DNA of 64,000 bases from contig JALDZX010000011.1 of the NCBI GenBank assembly GCA_022813865.1, forward strand, positions 1 through 64,000, given 5' to 3'. Positions within the stretch are counted from its first letter, which is position 1. Each line of letters opens with the position of its first letter. Below are positions 10,901-23,927 of this stretch, one piece after another. This stretch comes from Xylographa opegraphella. Taxonomy: Eukaryota. Position numbers and translations under genes: made by a program. The notes beneath the pieces are model-generated. The model worked only from the letters and a program-made list of their open reading frames with translations. It had not been told where the DNA came from and searched no databases.

Positions 10901-13900
10901 AATATTTTTAATAGCGGAAATTAAATAATTCTCGTACGTATCGTTGTCGCGCTTTTAAATTTTATTAAAGCGTTAATAAAAAAATAAAAAAGTACGAAAT
11001 ATAAATATTTAAATTTATTAATAATAAAATTTTAACGAAAAAATTATTTATATCAATAAAAATTTTAAAAAATTTTAAGTTTAAATTATCGTTTGAACAA
11101 ATAAATAATAAAACGCGAGCGTAATAGCAGAGATGGAACAAGGTAAAAAATTATTAAAATTATTAAAATTAAATATATAAAGAAAAAGACTCCGGCGTAA
11201 TTTTATATAAAATTATATAATAAAATTCGTAAGTAATAAGGAAAGGAAATATATAAAACGTTGACGATACGTAAATTATTGAATAAAAACTTTATATTAT
11301 AATTTTTAGATATTTATTTGAAAGAATATTTAATATCGAATACTAACTGGTTTGCTAAAGCAATTTTAAAAATTATTATTTGTTGTAAAATATATTTAAT
11401 AATAATATACGAAATTAAAAAATAATATATAATTATGATAATTTTGCGTAAGGTATACGAATTTTTAATAAAATAAAATAAAATAATATATTTAAATTTA
11501 TAAGTTATACGAGTGGCGTGGCTAAGATTAATAATAAAAAAAATAACGCCTTTAAATTAATAATCGTAAAAATAGCGACTATAAAATAAATTAACGTATT
11601 AATCGAAAAGGGTTTTGTAAAGAAATATGAAATTAAAAACTGTAAACTGTTCGAAAAAGAATATAAAATTATATAATATTATAAATATTAATATTATAAA
11701 TATTAATAATATAAATATATTATACAGGCGTATAAATAGTTAAAAATATATTAATACTACGCGGGTTAATATTGCAGTAACGAATTCCGATTTAATACCT
11801 GCTCGGCAAGAATTTAATAAAAAAAGGTATCTGCGATATATTATAATAAATTAATATTTTTTTCGCGTATTTTTAAAAACGCGCGGCCACGACGCAGCAG
11901 AAGAGTTTAAAATGTATAAAATAATTAAAAAAGCTAAAATTTTATAATAAATTTTACGAACCCTCTCGAGAGTTTACATATTTTAAAGTTTAATTAAATA
12001 TTGTTCGAAAAAAGCGAATTAAATAACGAATAAAATAATCATAACGGGGAGTATATTCGTATTAAATTAAAAATTAAAGCGGTATTTTCGAGTATTTTTA
12101 GCGTTAACTTAACAAATATGCAAATTATTATAAAATAATGAAAGATATAAACGATATAAAACGAATATTAATATTATAATATAACGTACGTAAAAGTAAA
12201 AATGTAGTTATAATTTTATTACTATAAAACGAAAGAGTTAACGAGTTTATTATATTAATTATTTAGAAATTTAATATAATTTATTTATATATACGACGTA
12301 TAATTTTCGTAAAAGCAATTTTTATTTAATGAAATAAATTAAGACAATAATAATTTATTATTAATATATAACGTTCATAACCCATCGAAATTATGTTATT
12401 TTAAAAGCAAAGATAGTTTAACGTAAATAAAATACATAATTTTCGAAGGCGGCTCGCAGACTTTATTAAAAGAATTTAATTTATATTATTTATATTAATT
12501 CGACTCAACTAAATTTGTTTCATATATAATGATAAAATTCTTAATTGAGTTTATCGATTGAATAAAACATAAATTAACATTTTCGAAAAAGTCGATTATA
12601 TCAAAAGCGAGGAATATAAATAGTATAATCGATTTAATATTTATAAATAAAAATTTAATAAAACGTATAACTGACTGCGACGTTAAATAAAAATAAAATT
12701 ATTAAATTGATTATTTTTTAATAATTATGGAATTAAACTAAAAAATAGTATAAATTATTTCGAGTATAAATCGTAATTAAAGTAAAATAATTTAAAAAGC
12801 GACTAGTAAAAGAATATAAATTTTTTAGGAAAAATATAAATAATATAAAATAAAAACGATATAAAATATAAAGTACTAAAAATCGAGTCCGTTTTAAATT
12901 TAATAATTAAGGAGTTTATTTCGATTATTATTAATCGATCGCCTTGCAGAGTTAATAAATTAAAGAATATAAAATTATAGTTAAATAGGCGAAAAAGGCG
13001 CGCAGGGTTTATTTTATATAAATTAATAAAAAAAACTTTATTAAATATCGCCGTGCTGTAGCAAATAAAAGTAAAATCATTGCTAAAACGAAAAAAAAGG
13101 AATTTAAATATAAAATATAAAATTTCTTTCTTTCTTTAATAAAGATTTAAAAATTGGCTAAATAAACGCGTACGAAAAATATACTCCCTTTAAAATTATT
13201 ATAAATATGAAAGTTGTACCTTAACGATATTATTATTATAATTTTAAAAAGCAAAATTAAAACATTTAAAAATAAATTCTTTCTTAAACCCTCCACGGCG
13301 AATTTTAAAAATATAAAAATATATATTTATTTATTTAAAATTCGGGTATTAAAAGAAATTGAAGTAAAATAAATTATACAAATTATTCGCAAAGTAAACG
13401 TAAAAAACCGTTTAAATTAAATAAAGTTTTTAATAAAAATTTTAAAATTCCAGTAAATATACTAAAATTTTATTTATACGAACTATTTACCGTATATATT
13501 ACGTATAAAATGTACCTGACGAAATATAAAAAAGCTAAAATAATAGTATTATAAAAATTAGTGTGGTGGATTCGGGGCGGGTCTTTTGGGCGCTTTTTGG
13601 ATTTCGAGCTTCCTTCCTCACGCATCTNCATATAGCGATAGAGCAGCAGAGCCACAACGGCAGTTAATTCGTTTTTTCTTCTTTTCACTCTCTGTCGGAC
13701 GGATAGTGACCTTATTCAGAAAAGACTTGACCTAGTTGCGACCCCGATCCAATCCTTTTGCCTACCCCTTTGCCTACTCAACTAGGCTGCTGCGGACTTC
13801 CTACGAATTCCTTTACATTAGCAAAGGCCGATTATAAAAATATAAAAATTTATGAATTTATTACGCTATTAAGTATAATAGGCAAAATATTCGAATTAAT

Positions 13901-14223
13901 AATAATTAGTAATACTAATAATATAGCAGAGGCGAATATATTATTCCTTGGGGTTTAAATAGGCGCGAAACGCTATAAATTACGAATACGACGCTGTAAT
14001 TCTTAATAAAATAAATATATACTATTTAAAAGTATAATACAATAACTACAATATTTTATTTAAATTAAAAAGGCGTTTTGGATAACGTAAAATTTAAATC
14101 ATTATTATATAATATAAAAGTGAGACGTATTTTAAGCTATTGAATTAAATAAATAAAAAATCTCCTAAATAATAAAAAAATAATAATAATAATTTTAATA
14201 TACGAGTTTGACATGTTTAAAAT
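10900..14223 (+). mobile_element. RIP-degenerated Tad1-like non-LTR retrotransposon (LINE): ORF1 zinc-knuckle region, APE endonuclease and 5' part of RT, truncated
   Basis: De-RIPped motifs: CCHC-knuckle-like region ~11660-11790; GDFNLHH-like (GAATTTAATTTATATTAT ~12472); IDL (~12628); RT IVL.K..KADYK...Y..I.LL..IGKIFELII (13543-13905, split by a solo LTR); LD.KGAFDNV-like (~14058-14090). Left boundary approximate. Confidence 0.75.
13562..13817. mobile_element. Solo LTR (family A, 256 bp) inserted in the LINE RT with a 4-bp TSD TTAG
   Basis: TGTGG...TTACA termini flanked by TTAG on both sides (13558-13561, 13818-13821). Removing it restores the RT frame (ATA GTA TTA TAA AAA TTA GCA AAG GCC GAT TAT AAA). 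Much higher GC than the host LINE. Confidence 0.85.
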
Positions 14224-14285
14224 TGTTACGGCTCGCTATCTCACCAGAAAAGCAGGCCTAGAACCTCAGCTATAGGTGAGCGATT
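14224..14285. mobile_element. LTR family B, terminal fragment truncated by an assembly gap
   Basis: TGTTACGGCTCGCTATCTCACCAGAAAAGCAGGCCTAGAACCTCAGCTATAGGTGAGCGATT is near-identical to 29116-29177. Confidence 0.8.
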
Positions 14286-14335
14286 NNNNNNNNNNNNNNN
14301 NNNNNNNNNNNNNNNNNNNNNNNNNNNNNNNNNNN

Positions 14336-14395
14336 TTGCCTACCCCTTTGCCTACTCAACTAGGCTGCTGCGGACTTCCTACGAATTCCTTTACA
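14336..14395. mobile_element. LTR family A, second copy (terminal 60 bp after the assembly gap)
   Basis: TTGCCTACCCCTTTGCCTACTCAACTAGGCTGCTGCGGACTTCCTACGAATTCCTTTACA is identical to the end of the 13562-13817 LTR. Confidence 0.85.
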
Positions 14396-15418
14396 ATAGT
14401 AATAATATACTCGGGCCTTACGAAGCGTAGCGGAGTGGGTTTTTAACCGACAGATAAGGCTTTAAAATCCGGGAAACGTTTAACAACAACGACTCGTAAC
14501 CGCTGCGAGCGAGCTAGAATACCAAAGCCGGTCTAGCACAGCCGCTTCCGTAGATAAGGATTTTTAAAGGGCTTATTTAGATGTTTGGCTCGCTCTTTGA
14601 GGCTGGAGTGAAGAGGTTTGTTCATTGAATAGATGAAGCTGAGCGAATATGCCGAGTCGATGTTATGGCATGTGCCAAATATTGGGTGTGTGCAAGATGC
14701 ATTTTCAGCTTCACCTAAGAAGGTACCAATATGCTATAACCTTGGTGATGTCATGATGTAAGCACATGAAACAAAGCAACGATATATATGAAAGGTCAAG
14801 ACACCCTCGAGCGTAACACAAAGGAGAGAACAGCATGATTAAAAGTCACTGAGAATTTCAGATGATATGGACATACGTAAATCCTATCCATAACGACTCA
14901 CGAGTGCCACCTTGCGAAGGTGACTTCGCGTAATGGGCTACCTCTAGCGTTTGTTCCAGATTGCGAAGATCCAGCGAGATCGTCACCGACAATAGCAAAA
15001 TCGAACATCCTTTGGGGCGCCGTGGTAGGCTTTCAAACTCTCCATACTGTATCATCGGGGTCCGGGTCTCTACATCTCGACTTGGTGGAGCACGACATGG
15101 AAGATGGGAGAGCGCAGCGGATCTTTTCGCACAGGCCGGTGCAGCGACACTAAGTGCCGCACCTAGTGCGTCCAATTACGAAACTGCCGCACACGGTGAT
15201 GGGCAGCGTGCAGGCGCACTGCTGCCCACGGTCCACCTCGAAAATGCAACACTGAGAGGGGCTGAGTCTTCCATTTCGGCCCTCGGCGGCTCCAAGTGAA
15301 AGAGTCACCATTCGGCGGAACGGCCTCGTTAGCATGTTGCAAATAAATTCTTCATTGCTGTCTCGTTTGAGCGGAATAAAGTACAGCGATTCCCCAAGGG
15401 GGGCTTGCGAACGGTACT

Positions 15419-17838
15419 ATGAAAGGAAAACAGTGGGATTTGCAAGACACGGTTTCGCTTGGACATGATACAGAGCAAGACGTTGATTCTCCGTTGCAGC
15501 CGATCCTGATAGCGGGCGGGTATATATATTTAAGTTTGGCCATCAACTTTAAAGAAGACTGCAAGGTCGTCATAGAACAACTAAAGGCGGCTGTCGCGGT
15601 CTAGAAGGCGGTTTTTAATTAGTCTTGAAAGCCTCGGGACCTGGAAGAACGGGCTAACGTTCTATATCGTCCCTTTATTCTCGAGACCACCATCGCCAGG
15701 CTTTATTCTATCTTTAAAATAACGGCAGGCCCTTGTCTCTTATAATATTTCGTAGTATAACCCGCTTTCTTTTATTGCCGTAATAGTCCTTCCTCTCCCC
15801 CACCTCACGCGGCCTGGAAACACCAACAGAAAGAATTTTGGCAGGCCAAAGTCCGAACTCGACAGCTGTAAAAGTTTAAACTGCGTATTGTAAAAAGGCG
15901 TTAAATAGTACTAAATATGTATTTAAATTGCACCAATTCCCTCGCTATGCACTTTGATTAATTATGGCGACTTTCATCGCAGATTAACCTCAGGCAAATG
16001 AACCGTCCTTCGGAAGTTATTACTTCGGTAAACTTTTTATAGTCGGCAGATACAGTCGGGTATCGAGCAGACAAGGCTCAAAATCTTTTTTACAGATACT
16101 GCCTGTAAATAATACGGATTTCGTTAATTTGGTCGATTTGATTGTTTCTAACCGGAACAACTGTCGATAACATTGAATCGTGCGAGAGATTTTGAAGTCA
16201 ATAGCTTATAATACCGATAAACGGGGCATTCGAGTTGCCAGAGCCCGCCACAGCGGCGTGATTGACCGTGACAAGGTCGCAGACGGTGAGGGATGCGACA
16301 AAGATGTAGACATTAAGTGCGAACGCAAAATCGGCGACTTTTCATCGCTCACGGATATCTTTCTGCGGAGCGACTCAGGATTTGGAGTAAGTGCCGACCT
16401 CAACTGCAAAGCTTCCGCATAGCCCGCTCCCGTTGACAGAACCGGCAAGGAGTGTTGTTGCGAGGGCGACTGTGAGAATAGTGGCAATCCTATCGCGACG
16501 ACTGCCGCGGGCATTTGGCTCGGAGCCAGCCAAGGCGAGTAATGGAGATCCCATGTCGTACGTGTACATGAACGGTGTATACTGACGTATATCTCCAGAC
16601 AGCCCGATTTTGCTGGACAATGACCAGCCAGTTGATATCCCCGATGCTGCTTCCCCTGACGACCAAAAACCCACCCTCGAAGTCCCGGACCCGGCCCCTC
16701 ACAGCGGTCCCTCCCCAACTTTGTCTGGAGAATTCGCTGAGCCACGCCACCAGGATGGAAAGGATGCTCCAGACAGCCTGGCGAAGTACAACACGAATGA
16801 CCCTGCGGGTGACGAGAAAGCAGGAAACAACAAATCCGAAGAGTATGACGCTTTCACACTGAGACTCTCACCAGAGGCAATGGCAGTAACGAGTGCAGTG
16901 ACAGTGCCATACGTACAGATGCACCAGCATCTGTTGGCCAAATCCACGACGTCTTTGCCGAATTTGAGGAAACCTTCGGCCTGACTAGGCGGAAGCAGAA
17001 GACGATGGTTGCGACTCTGCGTGACTGCCCATATCGTGACGTTACGACAGGCTCTATCCCACGCCCTGTCAGTCAAGGAGAGCCTCGGTCAGCTGCGGAC
17101 GACGGCGCCGCGGACATGGAGCTGCTTGCAGAGACCGTAAGCGGTGATGTTGGCCGCAACTCCTTGTCAGAGGAAGAGATCGAGAATAGGTCCACCTTCC
17201 AATCGAGACAGGAGAGCGATGGACAAGAGACACAGACCGAGGATGTTAGGTCCCAGTGTATTTCCACATTGGCTGGCGACTGTCACTCGGGTGAGTTCAT
17301 ATCGACGCTGTTGAGTCTCGTCCGGGTTCTGACATGCAGGACCATAGAAAGTGCTAGTGCCTTTACAGGACCTCGGCCATCGCCGCCTCCCATAGCCACG
17401 TATGAGGCTACTCGACCTGAACCTGGCGCTGACACCCAAGAAGCACCGAATCGAAAACAAACTCGGCCACTTACGCAATCTATTGTCCCCTACGACGATG
17501 GCGCTCCTTGCAAACGGCCTCGCCGGGCAACGAAGGAGACGTGGAAGGCAAGAGAGGCCAGAGAGGCACGGGAAAAATTCGAGGCCAAGCGGTCTCAGAC
17601 ATTGTTGAACCCATACCGGAAGAAACAGACTCCCTCCGTTGGCCATTATTCCGGTAGGGGTAAAGTAGTTAGCAAGGTGGCAGACATTGAGGATGTATAT
17701 CTAGGAGAGGGTGGTTCCGTCCAGTGATTTATCACATGGAAGTCATCGCTGATCGCAATGGATAACCTTGTTGGCGAAGAACTATGGCGGCGGTGCGAGG
17801 AGCTGTTTGAGAAGAGGTACGGCCCCCATAAGCCGTAA
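15419..17838 (+). pseudogene. Degenerated gene for an uncharacterised protein with a C-terminal chromodomain-like segment
   Basis: Long coding-like frames broken by TAG/TGA/TAA stops and frame changes. C-terminus VADIEDVYLGEGGSVQ*FITWKSSLIAMDNLVGEELWRRCEELFEKRYG resembles a chromo-like fold. Confidence 0.5.
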
Positions 17839-18074
17839 GGGAGATTGGGCTACGATTGGCTAGGCTAGAGGATAGTGACGATGATTCCTTCAAAGTTTAA
17901 GGCACTTGCAGGCGAGAAAATCGAAGTTAACAGAAAAATATCGGTTTGAAACGTAAAAGTCTCCGCCGTCCTTCGGTCGACTATTGCTCTTCGAACCGTG
18001 GCGTGTTTGGCTTGCTGTGCGCACTTTTCTTCGAATTCTCCACTGGTAGAAGTTGTAAAATCAATCATTTGGAT

Positions 18075-19998
18075 CATGATAAAAGGTGTATTTGTACCCT
18101 GATTCGCCTAGCCTCCGTTTGGGGTCTTGACCCTGCCAATTTACTCTTTGATTTTAGTAGCTGCAAAAGAAGATCCAGTTGCGCTTAAAGGGCGAACTCC
18201 CGCCTACTGCTTGAATCTCGTTGTTTTGCCAACCGGTCTTGAAGGGACAACTCGCGCCTTTTGCTGTCGTCTTTTTGCTCTTTCAATTGTCTCTCAACTC
18301 CGGCTAACTGCCTCTCAAGCCCGGCTAACTGTTTCCGAAGTGCTCTATTAACACCAGCATTCCGTGGCTTCTTGAAAACACCGTCTCCAGCTTGCTGATC
18401 TTGCCCAAATTCATCCATATAGGGGGCCGGCTGAAATGGCGTTTTCGCTGGGTCGGGCAGGAGGGCAATTGCTTCCTGATTCGCTTAAGATGGTGCTGAG
18501 AGAACTTCAGGCACGCATTGTAAAAGAAATCGTAGGATTTCCACCGATCTTTACCCTCATCCTTACTCAAGATCACTTGGCCAATAGTTGTCCAATATTT
18601 CATCGTGCTCATTTTTGGCAGCTGCTGGCGGGATTGGTTATTCGGCTACTGAGCGTTGGTCACCATATAGTGGGCATACATCTTCACTGTGTCATTGTCG
18701 TAAGACATCTATAGCCCAAGGGCTTTGCTATTAAGGTCTTCTAATCGGCCCACTCTCCGGAAGAGATCAATGATGCCCTCGAGAGCAACGCTTATACTGT
18801 AGACGTTCTGTCGATCAGCGACTTCGAGAGGTTGTCTGTCGCATTTGGCTTCATGCATAATAAACGGGAAGAACATATTATTGTAGTCCATATACTTAAA
18901 GGGTAATCCAATAGTGATGCCTAATTTCCGAAGCTCTTCTTTCGAGAAATTTTCCCACTTGAAGGCTATCGTGGAATCCGGTTGCGGGTATTTCCCGTAA
19001 GATGGGAAAATGGCTCGCAGCCAGATATCGTCACATCCTTCGATGAGACCTAGACCTTTATGTTCATCATGTCCGCGAAGTGCTAAAAGCTCTGGTGCAG
19101 AAAAAAGGTGTAAATATATATTCTTTACGAGCCATTGCTCAGACTTATTACGAGTCAATTTGGAGAACGATAGAACGATAGCTTCATCGAGCATCGAGTC
19201 CGGTGTGTTGAGGGCGCTGGTAAAGAGCATCTTTTGACAAAAATCCAGTTACTCTTTGTCAAGACCGCTCGCGGAGTCGTCCATATAAATTCCATGTTGC
19301 TTTAAGAGGGTGGGAAAAGCAGGACTGCTGTAAAAATTGGATCTCGCGTCGGTAAAAGCGATACTCTCCGGGTCCTCGCCATACGATGAAGCAGGTCCGA
19401 GTGATTATTGGGATGACTTGCGTTTTACCGACAGCATCCCTTCCAATGCTGTAGGATCTGGATCTGGATCTGGTTCAACCGGCGGTGGCTGTGGATTGTT
19501 TTCTTCTGAGCCTTTGGTTCCTAGAACCGATCTACGGATTTGCCAATCTTGAGTTTCACTTTCAAGACCTGTCCACGATTATTCGGAAATGGGATTGGCA
19601 ACGCCACGAGGTTCGGTCCGAGGCTTCTGGGACAACGATGGATTCGAATGAAGCTCCTATAGACGTTCAGTACCTGTCGATGCATTCAGAAAGCAATGGG
19701 AGCTTACGCTAGGATGCTGATGACCGTCAGACGAATTGGTGACTTCGGGTAAGGGGAGCTGTTCCGCGACTGCGACTTGACTTGTGTTCAGACTTATATC
19801 GACGGGCAGAAATAGTGGAGAGCTATCAAGATGTCGTCGTTTCGTAGATGGTTCCGGACGGGATGTCGACTCTTCAAACTCGTAGCATCGTCGTTCACCT
19901 GCGCCCAAGTACGTCGACGAGCTAGATTGAAGGCGATATTGGTCGTTCGATGGGTCCGTCGGTGTCCCTCTGGCCAGGTCACCTTTTCTCGCAGACAT
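18075..19998 (-). pseudogene. Pseudogene of a fungal PD-(D/E)XK-like protein (DUF7924-type from memory) with a C-terminal coiled coil
   Basis: One frame runs 19998 to ~18440 with in-frame stops at 19657, 19579, 19405, 19249, 18709 and 18646. Motifs PQPDSTIAF, FFPFIMHEAKC, LEVADRQN, GIIDLFRRVGR, VKMYAHY, GKDRWKSYDF. A frameshift leads into LRKQLAGLERQLAGVERQLKEQ. Confidence 0.7.
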
Positions 19999-21190
19999 CT
20001 GTGTCAGTCAAGTCGGGTGCTTGCCAAATGAATGGTTACGAAGGTAAGCGGGCGCTTCGCTTTGAGATGTTATCTCTTGTAGTATGATAACCAGTGCACC
20101 AGGAGGTCCGTACGTTATTTAGCGTCAGAGACCGACGACCCCAAGCTGCTTGGCGACTGCCTGCGTCGATCTTGGCCACTCGTTTCGTTGCCGCCAGAGC
20201 ATACTCAAAACAGCTGTCCTAATATGATTGCCAAGATATCACGCTAGTGTTCGTTTTACTTGAGCATTATTTGACCGTTGGCGCGCGTCTATCAAGAAAC
20301 CTCACCAATGTTTTGGGGCACTCGCTTGCCGTCGGTTATATCAGGAATAGAGAATGTTCAAGCCTCCCACTAGGTGAGCTATACGCGTTACAAAGGGAAA
20401 TGGGCGCATCTCGTCAGGGATGTGCTCCAAGAATGTTACGTCTGGGAGAATGCATTCGCTGATGGCGGACTCCACCACATTAATAGTAAGGTAAGGCTAA
20501 AGGTTTCAAGCACACCGATGCAGGAGCGTCATATGAAGGGAGATCTCGGTACCCTCGTCAAGAGCACCCAATCTCCGCATGTGACGGACTCGATAGCTAC
20601 CCTCACCGTCTCCTCGCACGACAGACCTTCGCTCTCTTATATTTCGAGCCCTGGAAAGACCCGACTTCAAGGAACACAAATACACTGTTGAAGATCCTGC
20701 AAGCACACTTAGCTTTTTCCACTCGGCTGTTCCTAACAGCCCCGTCTTACGCAGACCTTGTGGTCAACCGCGGTTGGTTCAGGCGCGCGGCTGGAGCTGC
20801 CCGATGACTTGCGGCTCCAGTGGCTATTTTGATGCCCAATTTACACGATACAACTCGGCTGGACGCTAAGGCTAGCGCTTCCATTATGTGGACACTGTCG
20901 GAGTCCTTCTTGTCTCAGCACGATATCAATTTTCTCATACGCAGAGATTCGGTCTCTACAACGCGGCCTTTCGCTGGCGGGTTGGAGGACAATAAAAAAG
21001 CGCTCTATCAGTATGCAGAGCGCTTTCAGGATGGTTTCGCCAGCTATAAAGAGCGTACTTGTCCCACGGCGAAAGAATGGACCTGTTTTTCAACAACGCT
21101 CGAAGTATCTCTTTAGAAAGCTTTATCATTTACTATATTAAACTCTGTTTCGAGGCCTCTGTGTGCTGTACAACCTTATTTCCCAGAACA

Positions 21191-21581
21191 ATGTCATCGG
21201 GTGTGACAAGGAGCTATCAGGCTGCTTCTGCAGCTTTGGGTAATGCAAGACGACGCCTGGAAAACTCAAGGAGGCAATACGATGACGCAGCAAGAGCTTA
21301 CGAAAATGAAGCAAGATCTGGCAGTTCTAATGCCAGGCGTTCTATATGTAAGTAATTGGCTATCTCCCATAAGTAACGCCCACACTTATTGTGTTATAAA
21401 TGAAAAACTAAGAACGTCAAGAGACCGTGCCACAGAACAAGTCAGGGCATTCGAACGTGACGTGGCAAGAGCGGAAAGTACTTTTCGACGATCCCAAGAA
21501 CGATGCAACGATAGCATGACAGACAGGACTTTGACAATGCAAGCAGTTTTCCACCGCGTGAATTACATTCCCAGGTGCTAA
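21191..21581 (+). CDS. Possible small Arg/Ala-rich coiled-coil orphan protein (one putative intron)
   Basis: MSSGVTRSYQAASAALGNARRRLENSRRQYDDAARAYENEAR joins to RDRATEQVRAFERDVARAESTFRRSQER only through a GTAATT...AAG intron. No family recognised. Confidence 0.3.
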
Positions 21582-22360
21582 CAATACCTCCTTTTGAAAT
21601 AGACATACAAACCGGGATGTTGCTGAAAACAACCGTCGTCGGAGGGACGGTCGACACGACCCCGACCGCTGAAACTGTCTCTTTACTATCCGGACTGGTT
21701 TTATCTGTGCGACAACAACGATATTTAATGTCGCAGTATTGGCGCTGGAAGCCTTTATATCAATATTAGTCTGTCGGCTTTGAAGATCCGTTTGTCATTT
21801 GATGGGACTATACATGTGGGAATTCGCAGGCGTTGGTTTGGATCAGATCTTTTTAATGGGACCATATGTACAATACGCAGGAGTTGGTAAGGACGGAACT
21901 TAAACGCGTTATATCTCTTCCAGTTCCCATGCTTCAAAACTCATGCAGTGACAATTTATATATCGTATCACGTATTTTCAATCACTACCGTGTAGGTTCG
22001 ATTATTCCGCCAGTCCGTGTCTTATAACGGACTCAGTATAAGTGAAACCCAGTAAAAAGGGAGAGTTGACTCAATCCGTCGCATCTGCATTCGACGCCTT
22101 GGGAACAAGGACTATACAGCCGAGGGCGGAGATTCGTAAGAAGATTTAATAATATCGTTCGGAGGGAATACTTTATTTCTGATTGCACGGTGAAAATGGA
22201 AGATAGCGGAGGCACAAAGAATCAAGCGCTCATATGTTTACATATAATTAAATCCCATTTTGGGCCCGGTGTGGACCGTAACGGTATGGAGACTGGCCAG
22301 TGGCAGTCTCTTTGATAAAGCAATCCAATGATAAATCACAACCGCGAACCCTTTATTATC

Positions 22361-23927
22361 CTATATCTGTCCATTAATCCCGTTGGCTGTCGCCGAGTGA
22401 TTGATGGTTCCAGGCAGCGTTGCAATCACGCTGAATTGTCCACCACAGCCTGCCCAAACCACTTTTTTCTCCTTGATTGCTTTCGAGTCCAGCATGGTAG
22501 CTTCGTCGACTTGGTCCTCCGAGCTGACGCCTGTTTGACAGTATTCATTGAAGCCCCAAGAATACGCCTTTCCCTCACGACATAGGGCAAGAGAATGATC
22601 AGTCCCTGCAGCAGCCAAGACAGCGTCGATGCCCGGCACGGGAGTTGGCACGGTCAAAATCCTTGGGTGGCCTCGAAAGTCCAGGACCAAGTGCTGAGGT
22701 GGTAGTCGGTCAAGTTTGAGTCCCGCTTGGCCAGCGTCAACTCGTCCCCAAGCCAGGCACTCGCCACCATCTGTGATTGCCAGGGAGTGATGATTACCAC
22801 CTGTGACAGAAATGATCTTGCCAATCTGTTGCAGTGATTTCACTATTTGGGGAAAATGGACATCTTCTCGAAGAGGTTGGCCAGTTTGCCCGAAATTGTT
22901 GAGCCCCCAGGAATAGACATCTCCATTTCGGTGCACTGCGAAGGAATGAAACTGTCCAGCGCCTATATCGACGATCCCTTTAGGCAGCCAGAGCTTCTCA
23001 GGCGTCAAGCTGCGTTTTTTATCCATGTGTCTTTCAATGACTTTACGCCCGAGCTGGTTTTGTTGTCCTGAGCCCCAAGTATAAACTTGTTCTTGCACGT
23101 TCAATGCCAGGACATGGTTTTCGCCACAGCATAGCTTCGTGACCTTCTGTAGGCCTTGAACGAGTACCGGCTTTTTCTGAACCTCCACGCTTGGTGAATA
23201 CCCATAAACTCCCTGGTTTCCCTAAAGCAATGTAAGCATTAAAATAACAGCAAAGTTACAACCAACTCACTCTGAAAGTTCCCCAGCCATAGACTAAGCC
23301 TTCGTCGGTAACGGCGAATGTGGCATTATCTGCGCATGCCACCTGAGTGAAAGTAGGTCTTCCCGGAAATGCTGTAAGGTCGATTTCGGTGGGTGTAGAT
23401 TCGAATGGATTGATTTCATCTTCCTCACTGTCATCGTCGGATCCCGAATCGACACCATCGGTCTTTGAAATATCGCGTACTCGAGCTTCCCATGTTGTAT
23501 CTCGCCCAAGGGCTCCCAAATCATTCACGCCCCAGGTCAAAATCTTCTTGTCGGAGGTGATGGCAGCAGTATGCATTCCGCCGACGGAAAGTTGCACAAT
23601 ACCAGCATGATCCGGGGTCAACAGCGGATTTAACCGGGGTCGGGATATCCGTAATGTGCCTTTTTGGCTGCCAAAGCCGAGCTCGCCAGCCTCTCCTCCT
23701 CCGAAGCAATAAATCTCCAAAGGCTGAACAGGGGCAATGTTTATGACCTTTCTCTTGGCAAGCCCTACATCGCTCTTTCGTTGTGTTTTAAACTGCTTGT
23801 GGCTTGCAACACCATTTGTGGTACTCTGGCCATCGTCTTTGAGTTGAGGCGCAGCTCGACTCTTTATTGGCGCGTGACCTTGGGAAGGAGCGTCGTCAAC
23901 TTGAGTCTTGCGCTTTCTGACGAGCAT
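22361..23927 (-). CDS. RCC1-family protein (Ran GEF Pim1/Srm1-like); exons 23927-23271, 23221-22361
   Basis: Repeated RCC1 blades: CFGGGEAGELG, SVGGMHTAAIT..ILTWGVNDLGALGR, CGENHVLAL, YTWGSGQQNQLGR, GGNHHSLAIT, AGCGGQFS. GTGAG...TAG intron in frame. Confidence 0.9.

Noticed and set aside
1592..13958. Short Ile/Lys/Asn/Phe-rich ORFs in the AT-rich blocks (e.g. 1592-1798, 4970-5170, 6409-6654, 9919-10101)
   Set aside because: By-products of RIP-converted TE sequence. The 13758-13958 ORF is an LTR/LINE-RT chimera.
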